Below, piece by piece: positions 24,920 through 38,090 of a stretch of 64,000 bases of DNA; position 1 is the stretch's first letter; every line of letters begins with the position of its first letter. This DNA comes from Octopus sinensis. Its lineage: Eukaryota. Location: NCBI RefSeq assembly GCF_006345805.1, contig NC_042998.1:179242001-179306000 (forward strand), written 5' to 3'. A program made the translations under genes and the position numbers. The notes below the pieces were generated by a model. That model did not search any database and had not been told where the DNA came from. It saw nothing but the letters and a program-made list of their open reading frames with translations.

Positions 24920-25090
24920 TGTCTCCTGACTTATTTCATGATAAGGTATGTGTATGCCACACCTGTGGTTGGTTACGAAGAACGCTGGGCTAATGGCATT
25001 GGATGGGCAATTGCTGCTGGACCCATTGTATTAGGTATTGGACTGGGCACATTCTTTGTTCTCCACAACCAGAAAGGAACATTAAAAGAA
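24920..25090 (+). CDS. SLC6-like exon (TM12)
   Basis: tttcag/gtaagt; 171 nt; CLLTYFMIRYVYATPVVGYEERWANGIGWAIAAGPIVLGIGLGTFFVLHNQKGTLKE (W...IGW; GT.KE). Confidence 0.92.
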
Positions 25091-25334
25091 GTAAGTATTT
25101 AATAGTCTATCTCATACAACTGCTCATCTATCTCTTGACTTGTTTATTCACCTATTTTCTAACCCCTATGCAGATTCTCTATATAGCATAAAACAGGTAT
25201 GTGTGTGTGTGTAGGTACTGGCATGACTGTATAATTAAGAATCTTTTTGATCACGTGATTTTGGTCTCTGCCCATTGTGTAATATTTTGGGTAAAGTGTC
25301 TTTTACTATTTTAAGCATCTCTGTGAGCAAAGCC

Positions 25335-26130
25335 CCTATACTGGATATTTTCTACACATTACCAGGATAGTGCTATTCTTCACTCCATTCCACTCAACCT
25401 TGCATATTAGCCTCAGACATCTCATATGAAAGTTGTTCAGCTGACTGATGTGCCTTCAATAAGGTGCCCAGTTCTCTGCCCCATATAAAAGAATTGTTAG
25501 GACAACTGACTTATACATGTCAATTTTTGTCCTTACTGAGACAGCATGAGCATTCCAAATTCACTCATAAAGCTTCTTAAACTTTACTGCCCTTTCCAAT
25601 ATGAGTTTGGACCTTCCTATCGAGATTAGCATCACTTGTTATTGTAGAACCCAAATATATAAAAGCATCAATGCTTTTCAGAGCTTTGCATTCAACAAAC
25701 ACACTGGACAAAATTTTTAGACTGTTACCAGTATGTGGCTGATACTGCAGTTTAGTCTTTTATATGCTGATAGTTAAGCCAAGAGATCTGGCTGCTGCTG
25801 CAAATCAATCAATGATCTGTTGGATGTCCCCAAATATATGAGCAAACAAGGCATGATCATCTGCAAACAGTAAGTCCCTTATTGTGTGAGGTGCAATTTT
25901 AGTCCCTGCTTTGAAAAGCTGTTGGTTGAAGATGCCTCCTGTTGTCCTATATTCAAGGTATATTCCTATATTCTTCTACATCAGAAAAAGTACAATCCAG
26001 CATTTTCTGCAAAAAATAGAGCAAATGATACTGGTGCCAAAACACAACCTTGTTTCGTACCATTTTTAACACTAAAAGCCTGTGCTCCAATTCGATGATA
26101 CTAGGTTTTATGACAGACCTACCAGTGTTG
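25335..26130 (-). mobile_element. RTE/BovB-like RT fragment, decayed
   Basis: Minus strand FADDHALFAH...FAAAARSLGLTISI*KTKLQYQP and IDAFIYLGSTITSDANLD. Confidence 0.8.
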
Positions 26131-26222
26131 GCAGTTCGCTTAGATAATTACATCATAATTTAATAACTGGAAGAAGAAGAAGAAGAAGAAGTAGTAGTAG
26201 TAGTTAAAAAGTGGCAAAGAGA

Positions 26223-26424
26223 TAAACAATTATGTTCTGAACTTCATTAGCTCACAGCTGTTTCTGCAACAGAATGCGGTGCACTCATAGTTGAAGGCTT
26301 GAATGCTTCGTGTCTGAAGCTTCAATGAAGCTACAGGGTGATACTCAAGCATTCAACTATGAATGCATTGCATCTTATAGCATAAACAACTGTAAGCTAA
26401 TAGAGATCAAAACACAATTGTTTA
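26223..26424. repeat. Foldback (palindromic) element, about 200 bp
   Basis: TAAACAATTATGTTCTGAAC...CTCATAGTTGAA is mirrored by TTCAACTATGAATGC...AAACACAATTGTTTA; centre AGCTTC-AAT-GAAGCT. Confidence 0.7.
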
Positions 26425-26554
26425 TTCCTTTGTCGTTCGTTCTAATTTCTTATCACTACGGTGTGCTTGGCTGATGCTCCATTCTGAAGCATATGTATAT
26501 TGTGTTCTAACACTGGGTGATTAGTGTTGCTATGTCTAACTGAAATATTACTAT

Positions 26555-26956
26555 ACTCTTTTACTTGTTGCAGTCATTTGACTGTGGCCATGCTGGAGCA
26601 TCGCCTTTAGTCAAGCGAATTGACCCCAGGACTTATTCTTTGTAAGCCTAGTACTAATTCTATCGGTCTCTTTTGCTGAACTGCTAAGTTACGGGGACAT
26701 AAACACACCAACATCGGTTGTCAAGCGATGCTGGGGGGATGAACACAGACACACAAACATATACATGCACATACATATATGTAAACATATATACGACAGG
26801 CTTTTTCAGTTTCTGTCTACCAGATCCACTCACAAGGCTTTGGTTGGCCTGAGACTATAGTAGAAGACACTTGCCCATAGTGCCACGCTGTGGGACTGAG
26901 CCCGGAATCATGTGGTTGGTAAGCAAGCTACTTACCACACAGCCACTCCTGTGCCT
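26555..26956 (-). mobile_element. SINE family A
   Basis: Full-length reverse-complement copy. Confidence 0.9.
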
Positions 26957-27003
26957 ATATATATAAAATGGTTATTATATGTTGGATACTTTATATATAT
27001 ATA

Positions 27004-27507
27004 CTGTAAATCTTCGAGTATAATCTGCATTTTTTCCCCAAAATTTAAAGGTCAAAATCCCTAGTGCATACTATATACTAGGTTAAAAATGAAAAATAAT
27101 TTCTAAGCAATGTCCGAGTCTCTATTTGCTGTTCAGCATTGTTTATTCAGGCGCATTCTGTGATGTCGGGCGCGAAAATACCTTAAGCTAAGCCTGGAAG
27201 CAATAAAGTCATAAAAGAATCATCCATAACTTGCAGTAAGCAACGTGTATTAAAATAAAAGTATTCGGAACACAGAATAACATGTAACAAAAACAATTCG
27301 CAAACATATTTACATTCCCATATAACAGTTAAGAACATCACCATTATGGTATTATGCATGTGCGGAAGTGTTTGTTCGACTAGGTGCTGCTGGCTTAATT
27401 ATGCACAACTCAAGTTAGCGAAGGGGTGCGTATTATACACAAGGTTTAGGTTTTTCAGAAGTACACCCCCTAAAAATCCCTTGCGTACTATACTCAAGGA
27501 TCTACGG
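27004..27507. mobile_element. Tc1/mariner-superfamily (pogo/Tigger-like) MITE
   Basis: TA|CTGTAAATCTTCGAGTATAAT... and ...ACTATACTCAAGGATCTACGG|TA are imperfect TIRs with TA duplication. Confidence 0.7.
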
Positions 27508-27593
27508 TATTTTCTTTTAAAAAAATCTCTATTTTACTTACTTATCATTGAATAAATTATTAATTTCTTCACTTGTCAATCTTTCATTAACAG

Positions 27594-27836
27594 AGATTCC
27601 TCCAGTCACTTCGTATAGAAACTACTGTACTTGAAACCAACCAGTCTGAGTTTGATTCAGTGGAAACAGGGGACACACCCTTAAATAGATCACCTCCAAC
27701 AGAGATGAAGAAAAGACCCCTTGATTTCGACATTGAGACGGTCGATGATATCTGCGCCGATGAAGAAATTAATACAGTGAAGATTGTTGAGGTCACTCTG
27801 CAGAGCAAAGACAAATCCAAAGCTGCCGATGTATGA
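27594..27836 (+). CDS. SLC6-like terminal exon (acidic cytoplasmic C-tail)
   Basis: taacag acceptor, phase 0; RFLQSLRIETTVLETNQSEFDSVE...KDKSKAADV then TGA at 27834-27836. Confidence 0.88.
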   Translation, partial: RFLQSLRIETTVLETNQSEFDSVETGDTPLNRSPPTEMKKRPLDFDIETVDDICADEEINTVKIVEVTLQSKDKSKAADV

Positions 27837-27949
27837 TCTGGACACAACAGGTTCTAAGAAAGAACAAAACAACAAAAAGAAGCGTTGAAAGAAAATTTGA
27901 AGAACACCAAATGTGTCGCATGATATTTATATATCAATATAGAATGTTT

Positions 27950-28265
27950 GTGGTGCATATAAGTATGTGTGCGTGCGTGTATGTGTGTGTGTATGTGCGC
28001 GTGTGTGTGTATGTGTATACATACACTTAAAGAATAAATTATAGCATTGAATGTTGTCATTTGGATATATGAAAGTATACATATTATGTACTATGTAAAA
28101 GTTATAAATATTTATAAACATATATATATATATACATATATATATATATCTATACACACACACACTCACATATATATATATACACAAACATATGCATGTC
28201 AGTAAATATATGCAAATATGTGTGTGAGAGAGATATGTATATATACATACATATACACACATATA

Positions 28266-28322
<57 letters not shown>

Positions 28323-28644
28323 GTGTGTGTATAAATGAATATATATATATATGTGTGTGTGTGTGTGTATAAATGGATATGGATATATGTATTGAGATAG
28401 AGATAACATTATATTGGGTTGATCATATTGCTTGTAAAGAATGTTTGCTCTTAAATCTAAGTTGACTCAGTTATGTCTTCACAAGAAAGAGATCAGAAAA
28501 TATCAAATATGTTATTTATGAAAAGAGAAAATAGTACACCTCTAATGGTTTAATTAAGAACTTTCCTGAAAAAAAATTGGTTTCAATAAAAAAATATAGA
28601 CATTTCAATATACATACATATATGTATACGTATATGTATGTATG

Positions 28645-28699
<55 letters not shown>

Positions 28700-28703
28700 G
28701 CGC

Positions 28704-28751
<48 letters not shown>

Positions 28752-28900
28752 GCATGTATATATATGCACACATGTATATTAAGATATATGTAAATATACA
28801 AATATACGTATACATTTACTCACATATATATAGATGCACATTTATATATGTACATGCATTATACAGACACACACAAATATATACACATATCCTGTACATA
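27950..28900. repeat. Compound (TA)n/(TG)n/(TATG)n microsatellite field
   Basis: Visible directly; similar fields at 29860-30140, 32000-32520 and 40860-41420. Confidence 0.9.
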
Positions 28901-29009
28901 TAATCTGACTGAATAGTTTTTTGCTGATGTTGTTATTGTTGTTGTTACTGAATATTAATATTGTTGGTGACCGATATAGATTATAGTTACGCAGAATACT
29001 ATGTCTGAA

Positions 29010-29992
29010 CTACAGCCATGATTTCAAATGAGTTACTAGGTTGTATACGTAAGCTGTATTTGGTAAGGGTCTATGAGGATTTTTTGTGTTATGTAGATGA
29101 AGCAGAAGGGTTTTGCGAGTAATTATACTATATGAAATTTCACCAAAGGAAACATGTTTATCATACATTTTCCTATATATATATATATATATATATTCTA
29201 CATATGAGTACATATATAAACACAATGTGCAGTTTATATAACCTATTTCCTCTGTATGTTTCACTATTGTGATTATTTGCATCTTCTGCAGTGGGTGTTC
29301 TAAGAGCTACTGTATGCTGAACCAGACCAGTTCATCAGGTGAACAATTTATTGCAGAATGTTTACACAGATGTGGGTGGGTACGTGTGTGCAATTTAATA
29401 TATACACCTGTGCATTATAGATTATATGTACATATATATATATATGTGAGACAGTAGAGCTTGGTGCATTCCTTTAGCTTGCCAGCTCCTGTTAAACTGT
29501 CTAATCCATGCAAAGCATGGGAAATGGACTTGAATGATGATGATAGTGATATGATATAGGATAAGACGAATCACTTCAAAATGATTTACAAGTGGTTGTG
29601 AATGTTTGATTTACTGTTATCATAAATAGTTATGTTTTTACTGAGTATAATTTCTTACAAGAGCTCCAGATATATGTACAGTTTCCTATCAATGCTTGAA
29701 TGAATGTCACATTAAAGGGAAGGCAGTTGAAAGTTAAATACATAAAGTGAAGACATTTCATTAAGATAATGAATGGTGGTGCCCCAGCATGGCCACAGCT
29801 CATGAGCTGAAACTAGATAAAATAAAAAAAAATAAAAAATAAAATAATGCATATATGTGTGACTCTGTATAATTTATATGCATGTGTTTCTATATATGTG
29901 TGTGCGTATATGTGTATACATATGTGTTTATATATATATCTATATATATGCTGATATATGTATGTGTATATACACATGTATATATACATTTG

Positions 29993-30023
<31 letters not shown>

Positions 30024-30105
30024 GCATATATATGTTTGTGTATATACATATGTATATATACATTAGTATGTATATATATAAATATGGATATATGTGTGTG
30101 TATAC

Positions 30106-30138
<33 letters not shown>

Positions 30139-30485
30139 CCCTAGGATGGTAAGACTTCTAAGTTGGAAAGTTAGTTAAAGTTGATGAAATTGTTAGCATA
30201 GATATAAAGTTTACTGCAGATAAGGCTTAATTCTCAAAGGAGATCTTACAACATTTTTCTTTTTTATAATAGATTCACACACACACATACACACACATTT
30301 AAAAGGTTAGTTATGAACTAATAAATGATTCAAAATCATGTTCTGAAGTCAAGAATAATAGTGAGTATTTCATTGAAATCAATTCCTCACAGTTGGCTGT
30401 ATGATTTGTTCCAAAGGACATAATTATACAAATGAAGTTTTTGGTTTAGCTGATTAAATTTATAATCAGGAATCAGTAGGAGATG
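29010..30485 (-). CDS. Candidate exons of an unidentified minus-strand gene (30485-30391, 29694-29659, 29172 onward)
   Basis: AG/GT bounded pieces with matching phases (CT|C, TT|G; donors gtgagg, gtaaga) join to [85 protein letters not shown]; no recognised family. Confidence 0.3.
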
Positions 30486-32899
30486 CTGTTTGAAAACGTG
30501 AATATTCTTTACTTGTATACTCTTCCAGAAGCACAGAAATCTTTTTTTTTTTTATTTGATTGCTTCTTTAATAATTATCATTTAAATCCTGGATTATAGA
30601 TATTATCTACTTAGTTAATTTTGATTCCTTGTATCTGTTTTAGGAGATGGCTATCATCTCACCCACTTCCATTCTTATGCTGACTATCACACTTCTCCTT
30701 GTCTTTCTAACTAATTACAAATACACTCTCCTGCACAGCAAAGCACTTATACTTGTCCTTTTATCGCACTTTAGTCTTCAACACTAGGCATAAAACACCA
30801 CCCTATTGTCTCAAATACACTCCTGCTTAATCAAGAGGACTTTTTTTTTGTCCTTTGTCTTGTAAGTTTCTTTCCACTGTCATGAAAAAAGCACCCAGTA
30901 CATTTTGTTAAGTGGTTGGCTTTAGGAAGGGCATGCAACCATAGGTCCCATACCAATGCTGATATTGGGGCTTGACATAGCTCTGCAGCTTGCTAGACCC
31001 TGTCAAACCATCCAATCCATGTCAGCATGGAAAACAGACCTTAAATGATGATGATGATGATGAAGATGATGACTAGCACTCTGGTTCCCTACAGTGGTTA
31101 GCCTTTCCTTTTCACAGCACATTTTTCTTCCTTTGATACTCTCCTTTTCTTTTCAATGCTATAGAATGTAAAATTCTTTCAGAATACTCATGCCTTCAAA
31201 CATATCCTCAGATTTTTAACTATAAACTCATATCAACTGAAACATCTACTTCATTCTTTTGATAAACTCATTTAGAGTGAAACATATGGCCATTTGAAAT
31301 GAATCATTTATATAGAACATGTAATATAGAACACACACACACAAACATGCACATACATGTATAAATAAAATTCTTCCACTATTAAAAATTTAATTATCAT
31401 TCTTCGGAATTTTAAACAATAGTGTCACAGTGCATATGTACAAATATGTATAATTATAAATAACTTGAGTGATTCTCCTACTAAAATACTTGTAACAGTA
31501 ATTTTTCAGATATACCCAGGTACCTGTATATATATATACTCATGTTCAGACACATATGCATACGCAAATACACACATAAACATATATATATACATAAGTG
31601 TGTGTGCATGTACATGTAAATGTTTTGTGTATTTATATGTGTGTGTGTATGTATGTATATACAATATACACACATGTATATATGATCTTGACATATATTT
31701 AGATGATACTACAGCAGTAGCAATGCGACAATCTATACAGTTAGAATTACAAATACTTGCTTCCTGCTTAAAATGTGAAGCTACTTAAAGCTAATTAGAG
31801 AAAAACAACAAGCTTTTATATATATTACAACCATCAAAACTGCTAGTGAAGAATCCTGCTCATATTTTCTATCTTATCCAGGATGACATTGTAATCAAAT
31901 ATATCTGAAATCACCAAAGACATGTCTGTCAGGAAAGGTCTCCCTCCAATTTTCATATTTCATATGAACATTCACATTTCCAACGCATCTAACTTCTGTA
32001 GATGTATGTCATACAAAAATTGAGAACTCTTATTTATTTATACATTTATGTATGTATTATTTATTTATACATTTATATATGTATTATTTATTTATTGTTG
32101 TTATGCCATGGACATCATTTCTCCCCTCTATATATGTATATATGTATGTTCTTATGTATATGTACAAATGTTTATCAAACCATCTGCACATATCTATCTA
32201 TGTATCTGCCTATCTTTCTGTCTTCCTATTTGCTTATAACTTTATATATATATATATATATATATTGATATATAATATTAGGGAGTATAACTCCAAACTT
32301 ACAGGGAAAAATTCAACTTAGTATTAAATCAAATTTCACAATTTTACAGAGAGATAGATAGATAATTCATATTACATATATATATATATATATAATATGA
32401 ATTATCTATCTATCTATCTATCTGTCCATCTACATATCTGTCTGTCCTTATCTCTCTTTATATACATATGTCTGTATACATACAAACATATATACACATA
32501 CATGCTACACATATTCAATGAGAAAGTATGTTTTAACAAAATTAAAATTTTATTATGTATATTTTTTTTTGCCCAAAACAAGATTAAGATTACATTTCCA
32601 TTAGGCACATTGGAAAAATTCAATCTTAAGATTGTTAAGTTATCAATTAAATTGATCAATTGTTTTACAAATCCTTTCTGTACAAGTTCTTTCTGTATTT
32701 AATAAGTACTGCTTCAAGTATTCTATATAAATATATGAAAGGTAGAGGTAGTGAAAAATAGATATTAGAAATAAGTTCCACCCATCCATCCATTTTTGGA
32801 AAGGTCATGGTGGGGTAGAGCCCTCAGGTACTTCCTACATAGGGGTATATCAGAAGCAACTGTAATTACAATTTTCTGCTGGATTCCCATACATTAACC

Positions 32900-33100
32900 A
32901 TGAAACTATGGATATTATCCAATCATTTTGTTCTTGGCCTACCTATAAATATCCTGCTGGTTGGCTTTTCCTATAACATTCTAACCACATGTTCATAATA
33001 CTGGAGCTGTGACCACTTAGTGCAGAGAAGCAGTGGCTTGACTCCTTAACTTCTGAGCTATGCACCCTGTTGGGTAATGTTACTCCAGTGATCCTGTTAG
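32900..33100 (-). mobile_element. Decayed RTE-like LINE fragment
   Basis: ITGVTLPNRVHSSEVKE then, after a frameshift, KWSQLQYYEHVVRM, like ILG....DRV.N.EV...QL.W.GHV.RM. Confidence 0.55.
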
Positions 33101-34100
33101 CATTGAAACTGAGAATAAACATTTTGAAACAAAATAATAGGTATTGATACATCAATCGTGCTTCTAAATACCAAGAATTTAAAATTCTAATGTGAAAAGA
33201 AATTGGTTAAACAAATCTTTATAGTCTTATTTTATACGATAGTAACAGAAATCTCATTCTTTGGAAGATTACTCCGCGGTAAAGCAAAGCGATAGGCGTT
33301 CAAATTTTCCAATGCTATTTGTAGGTAAGACAGAACTAATAAACTAAACAATCAAAAAGCATTTCTTTTTTTTTTTTTCTTTTTCATAAAATAATCTAAG
33401 AAAATAATTTCTTAACAGAGCTCAGTGAAAACACGAGAGAGTAGAGCTAAGAAAAACAGCAATAAAAACAAAAGCAAATTTTAGAGCAGCGATAACAAAA
33501 GCTAATCATATTTCTGTTATCTTCTAATTTACTACGTCAGATAACATTAACAAAAAGCAAATGTTCAAAAAAGACGTCAAAAGATAATATGAGAAAAAAT
33601 ATAACTTATTAGAATTATGAAATTGATTGAAGCAGACGACCATGTTCATTTTACCTTATCGTCCTCTCCCCCATTATCTCTTATTCTTCTCCTTTTCATT
33701 TCTGTAGGCCTCTGTCTTTTGTAATTTCACCTTTATATTTGTGTACTTTTCTTTCTCTTTCACTGCTTCCCCTCTGGCCAACTTGCCTCTATTTCTTTTT
33801 CTGTTTCCCCTCTCTTTATACGTACGTACAGACATAGCATTATTTTGATTATTCATTCTATTATTACTACGGATTTTTACACGTGCAAGATGTACGTGAG
33901 TAGATAATATACACATGAGATAGGCTGCCCTCATGGGGCAAGATGAGTAAAGTGATCAAATATGCGACAGTGGACTGTCATGGTGCAATGGAAACTTCCC
34001 AATTCAGACCTATGTAGTTATGAATAGAAAACTACACCATAACGCTCTTTAGGTTTGATAGCTCCAGTTCCCCATCGCTCTCCCTCTATATATCTATCTA

Positions 34101-34133
<33 letters not shown>

Positions 34134-34196
34134 TGAAAATTAATATAAAGAGCTAGACGCAATATCAGACCATATAGGAATCATTTAATCGTTATT

Positions 34197-34296
34197 AATT
34201 GTGACTGAGGGTGCTGAAGCACTTATATTGCCAGAAATAAGAGTTAAAACACAGCATTAAGAGTTTTAACTTATTTCTTACAGCACTCTAAGTCAC

Positions 34297-34300
<4 letters not shown>
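34197..34300. repeat. Interrupted palindrome ending at a (TA)n tract
   Basis: AATTGTGACTGAGGGTGCTG...AGAAATAAGAGTTAAAAC versus GTTTTAACTTATTTCTTACAGCACTCTAAGTCACAATT. Confidence 0.65.
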
Positions 34301-34343
<43 letters not shown>

Positions 34344-34420
34344 TTTTTTCTATTAAATGTATTTAATATTTTTGTATCTCGACTTGCCTAACTTGCTTAT
34401 CCTTAATTTACTCATATATA

Positions 34421-34466
<46 letters not shown>

Positions 34467-35076
34467 TTTGTATCTCTTCATCCCGTCCATTATTTTTTTC
34501 CTTATTTTTTTCTTATATACCTCTCTTATATCCCACCTTCTCTATCACTATCTCACTTTTAATCCCTTCTTTTCTGTCAGTTCCCATGGTCGTATCTATC
34601 TGTCCACGTCTCTCCTTTCTGTTCTCAACCTCCGTTCTCATTGTTCAACGGTAACTTCAATCACTTTTTGTATAATTTATATAAATGTGTATTTTTTACA
34701 CTAAGCAGTTATCATACTTTTACTCCTATCGATGTAAACCTCCGTCTTTGATGTCTAATCCATAACTTACTATTAGCATATTTTCTAATTCCCACCGATT
34801 ACATACTTTCAGTCAATTCAATTTTGAGAAAAAGCCATCTGTGTGTTCTAATTCCTTCTGTTAACCCCCGATTTTTTGTCGTTTTTTTTTTTTTTTTTCG
34901 TTTCCGCAATACTTGTAACCTTAACTGTTTGATATTAGAACTATTCAGCAATTAACTATTGAATTAATTGCTTAAAGGAGCAACATGCGACTCCATGTCA
35001 TAATGAATTGCTGAATAAAAGATGATTCGTTCACATACAGGAACAGATAAATAGACATGAAGACACACAAATACAC

Positions 35077-35113
<37 letters not shown>

Positions 35114-37879
35114 TCAGTCACTCACATTTATATATACATTAATATAAACACACAAATATACGTACATACGTACATACACAAACGCATATATACATTCCCA
35201 CAAAGGCATAGATTTATTTCTATGAATAAGTGCAGACATGGTTGTGTGGTTAAGCAGGTCACTTCACGACTGCGTAGATTAGGGTTGATCCCATTGCGTG
35301 GCACTTGAGAGAAGTGTCTTCTGCATTAGACTCAGATCCACCGAAGCCTTGCGAGTGAAATTTCCCAGACGGGAACGTGAGTGGAAGGAAACCTGGGTAG
35401 TGCACTTAATCCGTTACCCTTGGCTTTCTTTCGTTGAGTGAACTCTATTTGCAAGCATTGAGGCCAAGTTTCCGGTCCGAGTGTGATTTTTCTCCCTTCC
35501 TGCCGCCAATCACAGAAGCTCAGAGAAAAGTGAAGGGCACTGCTCCTCCTCTAACTGAGCCATTAAAACAACTAATGATATATTCATATACATAGATATG
35601 TGCACATATTCATACATACTCATGCACACACAGACACACACATGCATACATATAAATGGCTCAGAGACACATACCTACGCACTTACATATGAAGACAATC
35701 TATTATTTTGTGGGGAAAAGAATTTGAAAAAAAAAAATCTTATTCTTACTCATTTATATTTATTCTCAAAAAACGTCATTATTCACCCATTTTTTGGTCA
35801 GTATTTGATACACCAACATACATGCATGTTTCTGTCATTTTACTGAAAATTCCATATCTTAAAATTTGCCATTTCATCAAACACTGAGATAATTTGTTTT
35901 GTTTCTTTTGAGAGGAAAACTTGTAGAATAGGTACATTTTCAATTGGACTGATATTAGTGTTGGCATTTTCCTTAACTGAAGCATAGATTGGAGGATTAG
36001 TAAAACGTCGAATAAAATAGTCACATTTAGCCGCATACCTTTACGTTTTATTCCAAATTCTGCCGAAGTCGCTTTTACGGCTAAAGCCTCAAAATAGGTA
36101 CAAGCCATCTATTGAGCTTTATTAAACCAACCCAAATTTTGTGTCATTCAAAAATGTGGCTTGTGTCTATGGTATAGATTAAAATTCACTGTAAGTTGAG
36201 AAGAGGCTGCCATTTTGTTTCACTTCGTAATTCAGCCATTTTTTAAGTGCTTAAAATAAATCTAATTTAGCATGCTCTTTTATTTTTTTAGTTTTTATTT
36301 TCATGCTATTCAACTTAAGAGAGTTCAAATGGAATTTGCACGCAATGAAATAAAAGTAATTACAATTAAAATATTGAAAAGAAAGAGTTAATCATTGATA
36401 TTGCCAAGATCATAGTATAATCCAATGGTTCAGGCTTTGATGCTGCGTCAGCGAGATTAACAATTAGCAATTATCTCTCCCTATCCAATCATAGACGAAA
36501 ATAAAACATATTAGGAGTCAAATTATTTCATTTTAATTATAAGTGTTTTCCATATTCAATAATTGCAGTAATTTTAGCTGCTTTATAAAGTGATTAATTT
36601 TAGAAAACAGACATGAATCTTAGATCGCTTATGTTTTTTATATCGTCATGGTGAATTCCTTCGATATGAGCTCATAAAATAGCCGATACAGATGTGAAAT
36701 AACTGGGAAGTGATAAAAGAATTAATAGTCGGTAATAATGGACAATAAAATGAAATCAGAAGGTACCTTATTTGTTTGTGAAATCCAGAATGGTGTAATT
36801 AAATATATCTTTCTTTTTTTTTTTGCTGTTGTTAAAATCTATAAAATAAAATGATCGACATTGCGTAAAATGTCTAATGCATCTGGTGAATGCCATGAAT
36901 ACATTATATATATGCACCTGATGCCAACAGAATTCTAACAGCTAAGTAGAATGCAGATAGTATGAAGTACTTAGGCATGGTTTGATACTTATAGCTGACG
37001 TGACTTCATATTCATTCTATAGTGTTGGCGTACATAGTTACATGATTTAGATCTACAAGATGAAGATCGAAGATCACTGTGTCGTGGCTTGACAATCGTT
37101 GATAGCTGACACGCTAGCCATCATTTACAATGCCGGTGTATGGCAACACATCATCAATAATGATGGGCAATAATATCGAAGCAATTCGATCAGAGACAGG
37201 CACAGAGATACATCTAAAGCTGTAAGGTTCAGTTGGCACTCTGCCCGATGACTACTGCAATGGTATTTGCGGTGTGTAAATTTTGACTGGTCAGTCTGTA
37301 CGACCGTATCCTCAATACAGCACACGGCACCTACTTCTGACATAAACCAGCCAAGAATTACTTCTGACTGCTTGAAGTCAATTGCTGTTCACTAATGAAT
37401 TCCACAAGACGACGTTGTCAGACGCAGAGAAGAAAGAATTTTGCTTACAAGATTTTCCATCTGCAAGTGCCTCACGATTGATTAAAGAGTCATTGGCTGT
37501 TCACAGCACACCATCGAATTATAAATCAGTCCCACCAATGCAAGAGGCTGTAATCAATAGTATGATCAATACCATCAGTTATCATGCAAATCTCTTGTAG
37601 GAAGTAATTCCGTTCAGTCAACGCTTCATGAATAATTATCTCTTCTAAGCACTTTGGTCCTCCTGCATCTAGTTATTCAATTTTGACTACATTTAACCAC
37701 CGATTACAAACGATAAGAATCTTATATAAATTTAATTATATTACTGATTTTCAAGTTGTTCACTTTAATTCTTTTACTCTTTTTATCAGCTATTTTATAT
37801 AATTATAACGAAAGAATTGCTCACCATGTTCACGGTTCTTATTTCTTTTTTTTATTTTCTTTATTTCTTTATTGCCTAC

Positions 37880-38090
37880 AAGGGGCTAAACATAGAGGGG
37901 ACAAACAAAGACAGACAAAGGGATTAAATCGATTACATTGACCCCAGTGCGTAACTGGTACTTATTTAATCGACCCCGGAAGGATGAAAGGTAAAGTCGA
38001 CCTTGGCGGAATTTGAACTCAGAACGTAACGGCAGACGAAATACCGCTAAGCATTTCACCCTGCGTGCTAACGTTTCTGCCAGCTCACCG
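37880..38090 (-). mobile_element. SINE family D
   Basis: Near-consensus copy; others at about 48955-49145 (+), 54720-54930 (+) and 23410-23610 (+). Confidence 0.85.

Noticed and set aside
29310-29345. Minus-strand CTGATGA core
   Set aside because: No GAAA after a helix II.
27927-30178. Long [12 protein letters not shown] ORFs (also 40835-41510, 44235-44616, 56104-56753)
   Set aside because: Translations of dinucleotide and tetranucleotide microsatellites.
33674-33934. 86-aa minus-strand ORF or promoter-like region
   Set aside because: Purine-rich low-complexity sequence; no homology recognised and no phase-compatible link to other exons established.
35779-36108. 109-aa minus-strand ORF
   Set aside because: No recognisable motif; surrounding sequence looks like a non-coding DNA-transposon remnant whose termini I could not define.
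37050-37620. Possible decayed gypsy pol fragment
   Set aside because: Only vague resemblance; no RT, RNase H or integrase motif could be read.
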